DNA from: a virus
Lineage: Duplodnaviria; Caudoviricetes
Length of the DNA: 64,000 nt
Virus record (IMG/VR): IMGVR_UViG_3300027759_003961
Span: 19,059 to 83,058 of that record
Strand: one strand, 5' to 3'
Shown here: positions 1 through 9,362 of the stretch, piece by piece
Position numbering within the stretch: the stretch's first letter is position 1
Layout of the letters: every line of letters starts with the position of its first letter
The notes under the pieces: generated by a model
Seen by the model: only the letters and a program-made list of their open reading frames with translations
Database searches by the model: none
Told to the model about the DNA's origin: nothing
Program-made: the position numbers and the translations under genes

Positions 1-177
1 GCGAAAGAAACTGCGAGCCAGATTTGGAATAGTTTTATATTGTAGTAAGACACAGCCGTCAACAGGCCGACTGACCTTTATGTCACGACTAGTAAATTGA
101 GGCTGTTTTTTATTATCAAAGTAACTCTTTACTGTTGCTTTGGTCCAGCGTTCAATAAGGAATTCTTCAGCTCTCAT
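1..177 (-). CDS. Hypothetical protein, runs off the window start; probable head/internal protein
   Basis: Manual translation MRAEEFLIERWTKATVK..., ATG abuts the upstream stop. N-terminus resembles the T4 capsid-targeting sequence MKTYQEFIAE. Confidence 0.6.
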   Translation of the reverse strand, partial: MRAEEFLIERWTKATVKSYFDNKKQPQFTSRDIKVSRPVDGCVLLQYKTIPNLARSFFR

Positions 178-1626
178 TTAGCAGTTCCAACGACGGCGTG
201 CCTTGCAAATAGCCTTGTCTGGAGTTTTAGCACATGAAATGTTGTGCATTTTCATTTGTCCACGTGATCGTGAGCAATAGCTCTTGCGACGCTTGCTGGC
301 CTTACTACCCTTCTTTAACTTGCTAGGCTTGGTAGTTACAGCAGTCTTTAACTTTGAACCTGGATTCTCTCTACGATAAGCGTTCACAGCTTTCTGACTC
401 ATGCCAGCAGTACGATCTTTCTTGTTGACCTTTTGCCAATCTTCGTTCAGTTGCGAAGTTACCGCAAATGCATACAGCTCGTCTTCTGTTAATGATTCTA
501 AATCATCCCACACTACTTCGGAATCTACACCATTTTGAGCAGCAATTTGATCAATGATTGATTCAATAAGATCAAACTCTTCGGCTAGTTCGTTGGATTC
601 GTGAACTGCAGGAGCATTAGGTTGTGCATTCCAAGTGTCGGCCCAATTACTGGCTTGAGCTTTTAACCATTTTTCAGTGCTTTGGCCTTCATCGCGAGCA
701 CTTAAACTAAATGCAAGCTGATCTTGGTCGTTGTAGTATTTGCGTATGCCACGATTGTCATCTGTTTGATAACCAAACCATTCTTCGTTGCCATTAGGAT
801 CAACCAACCAGGCTTCGCCTGAGTAGTAGTCGTTGGCAGTTTCGATAAATTGCCATCCTTTGTAACGATAAGTTTCAGTCTGATCATCGGAAGTTACTTC
901 AACATCATTGCCATCACCTTGTTCATGTATAGTTTGCCCAGACTTAGTTTTGTTTGGTCCCTGTCCTCGATTTTTTGTTTTTAGCAATGCTTCTACAGCA
1001 CCAAGTTGGTGTGCATATAGGTCGCCAAGACGATCAATATCCATGTCACCGCCGCCGTCCCATACCAATGGGTCCAAGAGGTTGACTTCAAACGAAGTTA
1101 ACTTTACTCCTAGATTAGCAAACTTTTTAAGTTGGCCATATATTTCTTGGACCCTTGCAGAATTTCTAATCATTTTAGAAAGATCTTGCCACTCTGGATC
1201 TCTGGTGTATTCATGAGTGTCTTGGATATCAGGGCTTAGAAATACATCGTTAAACACATTTAACTCACGCAAGGCATTTTCCCAGTCAGCTCCGTCACGG
1301 ATAAAACTTTCCGCCACACTTTCATTAGGCACACAGTTACGCACCTGTCCACCATTCTTGCCTTTTTTAGTGCCTTCTGCATGTTTGCCTGGCCAGCAAC
1401 GAGTATAACCGTTTGAGTCTTTTTGACCCTTTTTGATTTCATTGATATTGCCGTGTGTTTTGCACATGCCGCAGTCTTCACACACCATTTCCATCTCTGT
1501 ACTTTCATTGTGCTTTTTCCTACCAGCACAATGAGCCCGTTGACTAAACCCTTTAGGATGGCTACAGTTGATACTGCTCTTGTATTTTTGACTCCACTTT
1601 TCAGTGATAAATTCATAGGCTTTCAT
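178..1626 (-). CDS. Modular putative virion internal protein with basic Cys-containing modules (DUF6321-like C-terminus)
   Basis: Starts MKAYEFITE. Modules EKWSQKYKSSINCSHPKGFSQRAHC, CWPG...VRNCVP and EDWQKVNK...RRRWNC are separated by xxE sites. Confidence 0.65.
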   Translation of the reverse strand: MKAYEFITEKWSQKYKSSINCSHPKGFSQRAHCAGRKKHNESTEMEMVCEDCGMCKTHGNINEIKKGQKDSNGYTRCWPGKHAEGTKKGKNGGQVRNCVPNESVAESFIRDGADWENALRELNVFNDVFLSPDIQDTHEYTRDPEWQDLSKMIRNSARVQEIYGQLKKFANLGVKLTSFEVNLLDPLVWDGGGDMDIDRLGDLYAHQLGAVEALLKTKNRGQGPNKTKSGQTIHEQGDGNDVEVTSDDQTETYRYKGWQFIETANDYYSGEAWLVDPNGNEEWFGYQTDDNRGIRKYYNDQDQLAFSLSARDEGQSTEKWLKAQASNWADTWNAQPNAPAVHESNELAEEFDLIESIIDQIAAQNGVDSEVVWDDLESLTEDELYAFAVTSQLNEDWQKVNKKDRTAGMSQKAVNAYRRENPGSKLKTAVTTKPSKLKKGSKASKRRKSYCSRSRGQMKMHNISCAKTPDKAICKARRRWNC

Positions 1627-4600
1627 TCTTTGTGTTTCCTTTTCTGTCCTCTACGCATATTTAACTGCCAACGTGCCAGTTGTCCTTTACGACCTTTACT
1701 GTGTGATGCCTTTTCTAATTCTGCCATTGTGGCACCTTTGGGTATTCCGTGACGCTGACTATCGCCCGGACGTCCTGGCCCTTTGCCGTCAGCAAAGTTT
1801 TCTTCTAAACTGGATACGCTACGCAAATATATGTCTGCATCTGGATATCTAGTTTCAAGATTATCTTGCACTACATTGGCTTGGTTGTAACTGGCATGTG
1901 TCATTCTATGAATAACCTGACCAGTTATACGATTTACAAATTCCCAATCACGCGGAATGTCTGTAGCATCTTGTGGTGTGTCAAAGTTTTGAGCAACATC
2001 CGTTTCCACATCCTGCACACCTGGGGCATGGCCCGATGCGCGGTAGCCATAGTCTTCAGTTTCGTTAGGCAAGTTATTTTGTTTCAACCAACTTCCGTAA
2101 ACCTGATCGGCTTCCTGCGGAGTCTGTGCATAGAATCGGTCTACGACCTTGTAGGTGGTACGGCTCACTATGTCATAGTTGTAGTCTATTTTCTTGGTTG
2201 TGATACGCTTGGCCAACTTGGCTCTTGGAGTCATTGTAGCTGGATCTTCGTAAGGACGAACCTGGAATCCAATGCCTTGATCCACATACTTGTCATACAC
2301 AGCATCAGCCACTTCGCCTTTGCTCTTGCCTTTGACTATTTCAAGTGTAGCACCGGTTTTAACATCATACACTTCCCAGTCTTGTTCACCCATATTGACC
2401 AACTGATATTCGCCTGTGTCTAATGCTTCACGACCGTACTTGGCCCATACTCGCATTTTAACTTCACTTTCTGGATAGCCATTCCATTCTGCTCCAGGAA
2501 CTGGTTCCCATACACCGTCGACATTTTGATATAGTCTAAAACGTTGATTCATTTTCTTTTCTGTGCCAATGGTCTTTTCAGCCCACTTTTTCTTGAGTTG
2601 TTCTGCTGTGAGCTCACCTGCGGCAAACTGACTGAACAGGGCCAACTGACTGTCACCTTCGGGCGCTACCAACTTGTACAGTTTCTTAGCATACTCTCTG
2701 CGTTCTTCATTGGGGTTGGCCGCAAGACTCATGGCTCTAGCATAACGCAACATGGTGCTGGATAGTTTTTCAGGGTCAGCATTTTCCTCAGCCAACCAGT
2801 CACCGCCAGCACTACGGAATTCAATGTAGCCATTTTGTATATGTGCTGATGTGTACTTGCCTTCGCCTACACCTTTTTGTATCTCTCTATGTGCCAGTTC
2901 GAGCAGGCCACTTTGCATCAATTTGATTGCACCCATAGGATCAGCACGGCCACCTTTGATGTTTTCACGGAACTTGCTCATGGCTGACTTGGTGTAGGTG
3001 TTGGCCTCACGACCAAACGATTGTAACACGTATTCGTCACCCAGGAACAGGATCAGTTTCAAGTAGTCAACGTCACCACCTTTGAACGGCACACTAACGC
3101 CCATGTGTAGACCGGTTGAGTTGTTGGTATAACAGTTGCCCTCGTCTGAATTGGCCCAGTCACATACCGCTTCTAGTTTTTCTAATGCTTGTTCTAGTGG
3201 TAAAGGCGGACTTACAATTTCCAAGCCAAAGTCTTCACTGTCGTCGGGTTGTAAACTAGAATCAGGCTCTAAAATCCACACGCCTTCCTTGCGTGTGGCA
3301 CTGTGATAGTTGCTACTTACTTTAACCGGCATGTCTACAGCACTTTGTAAACTGTCGCCAATTTCATCCCATTCACGACTTCCGCCGTTACTACCACTGC
3401 CAGTCATGTAGGGCCAGTCTAGATCATAATTGCTAGCGATATCACTCATCCAGCGTAGGCCTGCATCATCAAAAAATCCTGAATCGTCATCTATCTGATA
3501 ATTATCTCGGAAGTCATCTAGAGCGGCATCCCAGTTTGCACCTTGTTTACGAACTTCATCTTCTATTAGCTCGTCTAGCAGGCCTTCAGCTTCCTCTTGT
3601 GCATCTAAATACTGTTGATACTGTGGATTGGCTTCTGCGTATGTTTGTTGTTCTTTACTTGACGTAAATTTAGGAGCCCGCTCACCGGCATTGATAATTG
3701 CATTTATTTTATCGTCGGTTAAATCCAATAATGCCAACTGTTTTTGTATTTCATTGTCAAGATCCCAATCACCTTCGTCAACCATAACTTTACGGATTAA
3801 ATCTTCAGCTTCGTTGCTAAAGTCTTTGATCATTTGCTCATCGTACCACTCGTAATATTGTTCGTCTAGGCCTTCTTGCAAGGCACGTTCTTGACGTGGG
3901 CTCAAGCCACCATAGTCACCACCTTGGAAAAAGTCTATGATTTGTTGGATGCTACGGCAACGTTCGTCCATGTCATAGTCAGGTTCCATGTCGTAGTCAC
4001 TGTCGTCACCGCTGTTGGTGTCACGGAAGATCATCTCTGCTTCAAAGCCGGCACGTATGCCCTGTGCTTCTGGACTCTGGGCCCACTTTTGCAAGGCCGA
4101 CGGGCTCATTTTAACTTCGTCTAGTTGCGTAGACTCGGCTACATTGTAGGTAGGATCTGTCTTTTGACGTTTCATACTCTTGGGCTGATTAGGATCAACA
4201 GGGTCAATATCGGTAGTAGTGAGTCCTAAGTTTTCTAAATCGTTGATATACTGGTGTTCTGTATCTTCGTCGCCAAATGATATAATAGTACTAGGAGGAC
4301 CTTTGCCAAATTGGCTTTTGTCTGCTGCTTTTAGATTACTAATGTTCTTGCCTAACTTGTACCAGTCATACATGTCGCTGACATCTACACGTATAGTACC
4401 TTTAGGCATGGTAGGTTTAGTTTCTGGGCCTGGCGGATTATCTGGGCTGTAATCCTCGTCGGCTATACCTTTTTTAAATCGGGCCAATTCTAAATTTAAT
4501 TTCTCAAACAGACCATTTGCTCGGGCAACCTGTGGAACGCCTTGCCGGTTGGTTTTTAAATTTAACTTGTTGGCTTCTTTGCCCAGTTGTCCGGGGCGAA

Positions 4601-5846
4601 TGTCTTGTGTGAGTGCCATGCTGAATCGCGGATCTCGAGCCTGCTTCTTTGTGGGGATATATCCACTTGCGCCTTCCTCTAGTTCAGTTTGACTGGCATC
4701 AAACAATTCTGGGTGCAAGCGACCATAGTCACGCATGAGTATGCCAGCACGGGCATTAGCTTCGTTTTCATATGGTGATCCAGTTTCTCCAGCATCACCA
4801 GGCACTGTTTCACGCTCGTGTTGATGTTTGTGTGTGAGTTCATGTGCCACAGTACGGAGCACATCCATAATATGACGTTGGCCAAATGCTACCTCCAGCA
4901 AATGTGCATCATTGATATAACGACCAAAAGTCTTATTCACCACTGACCACTGTGGGTCACGACGCAACTTGACTGTGGGCATTGATTTGATTTTTAATTC
5001 TGCTACACAAAATTTGATAAAGTCTTTTAGTATTTGTTCATCTGATAACGACGGGGTGTCAACTTCGGTTGTTTGTTCAACCACCGAGTTGGCTTCTTCG
5101 TGTTTGAATCCATATGTAAACACACTATGCGGTTGCCGACGTTCACGTAAACTCAGTTCTTGATCTTTGGCTGCATTACGAGCATCATATAGTTCTTTAA
5201 TCTTGCCTTGACTGCGTAACATTTTAAATGCTAGGTTTTCAGGACCAAATTCGCCGTGCTGTTCAAGTCCAGTCTGTCGCATCCGTTTAATCTTTTCAGC
5301 CATACGGGTCATGCGAGTTAAACTGCCCGACGCAATGGCCTTTTCAATTTGATGCCCTACAGTTTTAAATTTATTCTCAGTGCTAGTATCATCCACCACT
5401 GACTTAACACGACGCGGAACTTGAATCCAATCATCGGTTAATACGCTGTAGATACCTTGACTAATGTGTGGTTGATCTGCAGATTGAACATATAGTTCAA
5501 CATCGTAACCGCCAATTTTAATATTGTGTTGTTCGTTATACTGAAACTTCTTAGCATCAAATAACTCGCGATATACTTCATCCGTGGGCATTTTGACCAC
5601 TAGGTGTAGATCAATATCTGAGTTGGGAGTATATGTGTAGGCTGCATTTGACCCACTGATGGTTATGTCTTGCAAGTCAAGATCTATCACGCCTAGAAAC
5701 TCGCGAAAATCTTCAGCTATTAAAAGTAGCTGGGCCTTGACTTCCGGCTTTAAATGCTCAGTAGAGTCCCACAGTCTAGGATTCAAGCGATCATTGAACT
5801 TGACTGCGTCGTCAAGGTTGTAGGAATCTAGTTCTAAAATATTCAT
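1623..5846 (-). CDS. Polyvalent protein: Pol-beta-type nucleotidyltransferase + HExxH metallopeptidase + putative amidoligase (COOH-NH2 ligase)
   Basis: GSNAAYTYTPNSDIDLH; VAHELTH...YENEA; GFEAE, GLEIVSPP, TGLHMGVS, YIEFRS. Start moved to ATG 5846, just after a TAAATA motif and a terminator. Confidence 0.75.
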   Translation of the reverse strand: MNILELDSYNLDDAVKFNDRLNPRLWDSTEHLKPEVKAQLLLIAEDFREFLGVIDLDLQDITISGSNAAYTYTPNSDIDLHLVVKMPTDEVYRELFDAKKFQYNEQHNIKIGGYDVELYVQSADQPHISQGIYSVLTDDWIQVPRRVKSVVDDTSTENKFKTVGHQIEKAIASGSLTRMTRMAEKIKRMRQTGLEQHGEFGPENLAFKMLRSQGKIKELYDARNAAKDQELSLRERRQPHSVFTYGFKHEEANSVVEQTTEVDTPSLSDEQILKDFIKFCVAELKIKSMPTVKLRRDPQWSVVNKTFGRYINDAHLLEVAFGQRHIMDVLRTVAHELTHKHQHERETVPGDAGETGSPYENEANARAGILMRDYGRLHPELFDASQTELEEGASGYIPTKKQARDPRFSMALTQDIRPGQLGKEANKLNLKTNRQGVPQVARANGLFEKLNLELARFKKGIADEDYSPDNPPGPETKPTMPKGTIRVDVSDMYDWYKLGKNISNLKAADKSQFGKGPPSTIISFGDEDTEHQYINDLENLGLTTTDIDPVDPNQPKSMKRQKTDPTYNVAESTQLDEVKMSPSALQKWAQSPEAQGIRAGFEAEMIFRDTNSGDDSDYDMEPDYDMDERCRSIQQIIDFFQGGDYGGLSPRQERALQEGLDEQYYEWYDEQMIKDFSNEAEDLIRKVMVDEGDWDLDNEIQKQLALLDLTDDKINAIINAGERAPKFTSSKEQQTYAEANPQYQQYLDAQEEAEGLLDELIEDEVRKQGANWDAALDDFRDNYQIDDDSGFFDDAGLRWMSDIASNYDLDWPYMTGSGSNGGSREWDEIGDSLQSAVDMPVKVSSNYHSATRKEGVWILEPDSSLQPDDSEDFGLEIVSPPLPLEQALEKLEAVCDWANSDEGNCYTNNSTGLHMGVSVPFKGGDVDYLKLILFLGDEYVLQSFGREANTYTKSAMSKFRENIKGGRADPMGAIKLMQSGLLELAHREIQKGVGEGKYTSAHIQNGYIEFRSAGGDWLAEENADPEKLSSTMLRYARAMSLAANPNEERREYAKKLYKLVAPEGDSQLALFSQFAAGELTAEQLKKKWAEKTIGTEKKMNQRFRLYQNVDGVWEPVPGAEWNGYPESEVKMRVWAKYGREALDTGEYQLVNMGEQDWEVYDVKTGATLEIVKGKSKGEVADAVYDKYVDQGIGFQVRPYEDPATMTPRAKLAKRITTKKIDYNYDIVSRTTYKVVDRFYAQTPQEADQVYGSWLKQNNLPNETEDYGYRASGHAPGVQDVETDVAQNFDTPQDATDIPRDWEFVNRITGQVIHRMTHASYNQANVVQDNLETRYPDADIYLRSVSSLEENFADGKGPGRPGDSQRHGIPKGATMAELEKASHSKGRKGQLARWQLNMRRGQKRKHKE

Positions 5847-5865
5847 TGTGTAATATTTAGCGCAC

Positions 5866-5894
5866 AACAAAAAGCCGCTGTCAAAGCGGCTCTT
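5866..5894 (-). terminator. Rho-independent terminator
   Basis: AGCCGC-TTTGACA-GCGGCT followed by a T tract on the minus strand. Confidence 0.7.
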
Positions 5895-5913
5895 GTTATG
5901 TTGGGTTATTATG

Positions 5914-6822
5914 TTACTTCTTTTTCTTTTTACTACTGGCCAATACTGTAGCTTCTGCTGGTTTAGCATCAACCGGTGCAGCCACTCCTGTTGGACCACC
6001 CAAAGCCACATTATTGGTTAGGGCTAGTGAATGCAGATCTTTGTACAGTTGATCTTGAGTCTGATAGTCAAACACATAAGTGCCGGTGTGCTTGAGTAGC
6101 ACACGCTTGTCTACCCAAATCTTGCCGCCTAAGTCTCTGTAATTTTCGCAGAATGTCCAGTCCTCTGAATAGTAACGATTTTCACGCACTGCTGTGTCAA
6201 AATAAGTTTTCATGTAAGGGTTTAATTCTGGCGGTAGACCAATGTCGTTTGCAAATGGTTTTGTAGCAGGATGTGCGTTGAGCTTTTCAAATACCGCACG
6301 TTTGATCAACATAAAACCTGTGCCGGTTTTTGATACTTCCTGTAGGCCATCTGGGCCTTCTTCAGCACCATCAAAGCCGTTTACACACCATTTGACTGGC
6401 AGACTTTTCATTGGGTATAATCCACCAATAACGTCCACGTCACGATTCAACATGACCAATAAATGCCAAGGTTCCCAACCAATGTCAGCATCAATAAACA
6501 TCAAATGAGTTGATTCTTTATTGTTAAGGAATTTGGCAGTGAGCGTGTTTCTAGCTCTGCTAATAAGACTTTCATTGGTCATGGTTTCCATGGTCCAATC
6601 AATGCCCAACTGGCGGCAGGTGTTGGCCCATTTGATATAGCTCATAAAGCATGACTCTGTAAGCATACCACCGTAGCATGGCATACAAATATGCACACGA
6701 GTGGTCTTCAAAAAGTCAATGTTTACTTGGATTTGTTGTTGTCCTGGCTGTGGTTGCTCAGTAACGTCGTTTACCTTTGCACCAGGTGTTTGTGTTGTGG
6801 GTGTTGCTTGGTTTTCAGCCAT
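5914..6822 (-). CDS. GT-A fold glycosyltransferase-like protein
   Basis: ICMPCYGG, ESLISRARN, HLMFIDADI (DxD), GTGFMLIKR, SEDWTFC. Confidence 0.75.
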   Translation of the reverse strand: MAENQATPTTQTPGAKVNDVTEQPQPGQQQIQVNIDFLKTTRVHICMPCYGGMLTESCFMSYIKWANTCRQLGIDWTMETMTNESLISRARNTLTAKFLNNKESTHLMFIDADIGWEPWHLLVMLNRDVDVIGGLYPMKSLPVKWCVNGFDGAEEGPDGLQEVSKTGTGFMLIKRAVFEKLNAHPATKPFANDIGLPPELNPYMKTYFDTAVRENRYYSEDWTFCENYRDLGGKIWVDKRVLLKHTGTYVFDYQTQDQLYKDLHSLALTNNVALGGPTGVAAPVDAKPAEATVLASSKKKKK

Positions 6823-6859
6823 GGATTCCTCTATTAAAGTGTCTGATATTTAATAGAGT

Positions 6860-7669
6860 TTAACACACTGGCTTATTTTTTCCTAGTCTTTTTTCGTCAA
6901 GATAATCAACAACAACAGGATCTTGCAAGTTTGGAACGGCCTGGCGTACTTGTGCCAGTTGTTCGCGTAGATATGTGATTTTTGCCAGCAAGTGTTCCTT
7001 GCGTTCACGCATCACGTTCACAGGATTATCACCAGCAAATACTGCTTCTTGCCCGTAAATGATGCCTTCTGCAGGATCATTTACACCTAAGCGTTGGTCA
7101 AATACAGCCTTTAACTCTGGGTCCGGTGTGCCATATAAGTCTGTGATAATTGCCAGACGATCATTATCATTGCCATCGCGATACAGTTTACGGATGTCAC
7201 TGGCACTGTTGGCATCTGCACCTTTGACTCGAAATTTTACAGTCGGAGTTATAGCAACGTAGCCATGTTTGGTCATTGGCTTCATGCCTTTTTTGTTCTC
7301 TGGCACAGGTTGTAAATAACCAGGTGATCCATCTTTCTTTGGAGCAAAATTAAATCTTTCAGCATCCTTGGCACTAACAGCAAATACCAAGACTGTGTTG
7401 GCTTTTTCTTCGTCTGACAAAGTTGATGTAATTTCTGTTGCCTGATAAGGATTTTTTACATTAACAACATGGCCGGCAGGAACACCTAATTTAGTAGCCA
7501 TTTTTACTTTGTCGCTGAACTCAAAGGGACTGGTCACAGGATCTTGAACATTGCTACTAGCAATATACACGTTGTTTTCACCAAATTGATTGGCCAACCA
7601 ATCATAGCTGGCTTTGTGTCCTAGATGGAAGGGATGGAATCTGCCGGGATATATTACAAGATAGTTCAT
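6860..7669 (-). CDS. Cytidylyltransferase-like (HxGH) nucleotidyltransferase
   Basis: YPGRFHPFHLGH, SASDIR. Confidence 0.75.
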   Translation of the reverse strand: MNYLVIYPGRFHPFHLGHKASYDWLANQFGENNVYIASSNVQDPVTSPFEFSDKVKMATKLGVPAGHVVNVKNPYQATEITSTLSDEEKANTVLVFAVSAKDAERFNFAPKKDGSPGYLQPVPENKKGMKPMTKHGYVAITPTVKFRVKGADANSASDIRKLYRDGNDNDRLAIITDLYGTPDPELKAVFDQRLGVNDPAEGIIYGQEAVFAGDNPVNVMRERKEHLLAKITYLREQLAQVRQAVPNLQDPVVVDYLDEKRLGKNKPVC

Positions 7670-7685
7670 TGTAATATATTTATGG

Positions 7686-8123
7686 TTACATGTGCTCTAG
7701 GAGCCACAGGTATATAGGTGTAGAGAATTTAAGACTCACAGTGCCGTTGCACCCCATTTCACTGTAAAACTTATCATGGGCAACAACGCTGGTTCCATTA
7801 AAATCGTGTGTATATACTGCTTGTTCTGTGACCATATGTCCAAGTTTGATTTCATCAAATGCCAGGTCTGTGATAATTAGCCTAGCATCGGTAACAATAC
7901 TACCAGCCTCATCCACCCGAGTGTGGTCAGAGGTTTTGTTTTTTAATACAAATCTAAGCTCGTGTTCACCATCGTCATCGGTAATTTCTAAAACAATCTG
8001 TTGTTGAGTTTGTACATGATCGGTGTCAAAAAACTTTTGATTGTCAACCCAGGCCTCAAATCCCAGTGTAGCTTCTGTGTTAGTTGTATCTAGGGTACAA
8101 GAAATTGTTACAGTGTTAGACAT
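7686..8123 (-). CDS. Hypothetical protein
   Basis: 145 aa ORF in operon. Confidence 0.65.
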   Translation of the reverse strand: MSNTVTISCTLDTTNTEATLGFEAWVDNQKFFDTDHVQTQQQIVLEITDDDGEHELRFVLKNKTSDHTRVDEAGSIVTDARLIITDLAFDEIKLGHMVTEQAVYTHDFNGTSVVAHDKFYSEMGCNGTVSLKFSTPIYLWLLEHM

Positions 8124-8124
8124 T

Positions 8125-8490
8125 TTAGTATGCTGCAGTAATGGTTATAGTTCCACTTGAAAATTCAGTAATTTCTGCTCTAAGCCAAGTAAAGTTACCT
8201 ACAACATTTACAGGAATAGTTCCGGTATCAACGGTACTACCATCACCATATGTGGCCACTTCAAACCAAGGAGCAGATTCTTTAAGATCGTTCAAAGTCG
8301 CTTGGATGCTTATAACACCCACAAAATCTTGCAAACGATATGTGATGGTTTGTAGTGCGCCTTGCCCACCATAGTAGTTGGCCGCGGGTACAGCATTGCT
8401 GTACCAATCTTGGCTGCTACCATCGTAGTTACCTGATGCACTGCCATAAGTCACATCATCTACTAGAGTTTGTGTGGTGTAAATGGTCAT
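8125..8490 (-). CDS. Hypothetical beta-rich, possibly structural protein
   Basis: 121 aa ORF, GNFTWLRA motif. Confidence 0.6.
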   Translation of the reverse strand: MTIYTTQTLVDDVTYGSASGNYDGSSQDWYSNAVPAANYYGGQGALQTITYRLQDFVGVISIQATLNDLKESAPWFEVATYGDGSTVDTGTIPVNVVGNFTWLRAEITEFSSGTITITAAY

Positions 8491-8651
8491 GCCTGTTTAA
8501 TTTCTACTAGAGTGCCAGCACCAGCCAATTCAGTTACCACTGCTTCTAATTGAGCCACAACATCGGCATCTAATAAAACGTGGGCAGGAGTGTCGTCTTT
8601 GACCAATTGGCTGACAGTGATTACAAGGGTTTGTTCGTTAATTTTTGCCAT
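8487..8651 (-). CDS. Small hypothetical protein (54 aa, not in ORF track)
   Basis: MAKINEQTLVITVSQLVKDD...EIKQA; fills the gap, ATGA overlap with the next gene. Confidence 0.65.
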   Translation of the reverse strand: MAKINEQTLVITVSQLVKDDTPAHVLLDADVVAQLEAVVTELAGAGTLVEIKQA

Positions 8652-8657
8652 AGTGTA

Positions 8658-9362
8658 CTATTTAGCCTGGATTATCTGCTGAGTTTTTCTTATTATTCCA
8701 GGATGTACCAGTGCCAGCATAGTCAACCACGACATTTCATCGTGATCTACAAAAAAATAGTCTTGTGTGCGATAGAATGTACTAGTAATCCAGGTTGCTA
8801 GTGCTGGGCTAATTCTAATACTGGATTGTTGATTGTTTAAAAAATTAATCAACGTGTTTTTTTGCTGATTGGTAATTTTGGTTATTTTAAAATAACTGCG
8901 GAATTGATGCCGGGGATTCTTTAATAAAATAGTATTTTTAGGACGATCGATCACAGCCTTGGAGTATTTTTTTCCTGTCAACATAGGCATGGGTTTTAAT
9001 TGACTGATCAACTCTAAGCTATTGGTATACACCCATCCACAGTTGGAACTGACTACTAATTTTAAATCCACTCCGCTGTTGCGTAGAACGGCAGCAAAAT
9101 CATACAAGTTTTGCTCAACTTCTTCGGTGATTTCATTCCACAGACGTGATTGTTGGGCATTGGGTTTCTGACCAAGGGTGTTCCATCGTTGGTGTGCAAC
9201 TTCGCGCCACTGTTTTCGACGCTCAAGCATGTGGCTGATACGGGTGCAATCAAGTTCTTGTTCTCGCAGACAACTGATTTCTGCCAAGCCAAAACTGATA
9301 CAGTATTGAAAACGATCGTAAAACAACCGATCCTTTACAACGGATTTAAACTTCAGGGTCAA
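8658..9362 (-). CDS. Hypothetical protein
   Basis: 234 aa ORF overlapping the clpA stop. Confidence 0.65.
   Translation of the reverse strand: MTLKFKSVVKDRLFYDRFQYCISFGLAEISCLREQELDCTRISHMLERRKQWREVAHQRWNTLGQKPNAQQSRLWNEITEEVEQNLYDFAAVLRNSGVDLKLVVSSNCGWVYTNSLELISQLKPMPMLTGKKYSKAVIDRPKNTILLKNPRHQFRSYFKITKITNQQKNTLINFLNNQQSSIRISPALATWITSTFYRTQDYFFVDHDEMSWLTMLALVHPGIIRKTQQIIQAK

Noticed and set aside
5847-6011. 55 aa N-terminal extension of the 1462 aa ORF
   Set aside because: It overlaps the upstream gene and a terminator. ATG 5846 after TAAATA is the more plausible start.
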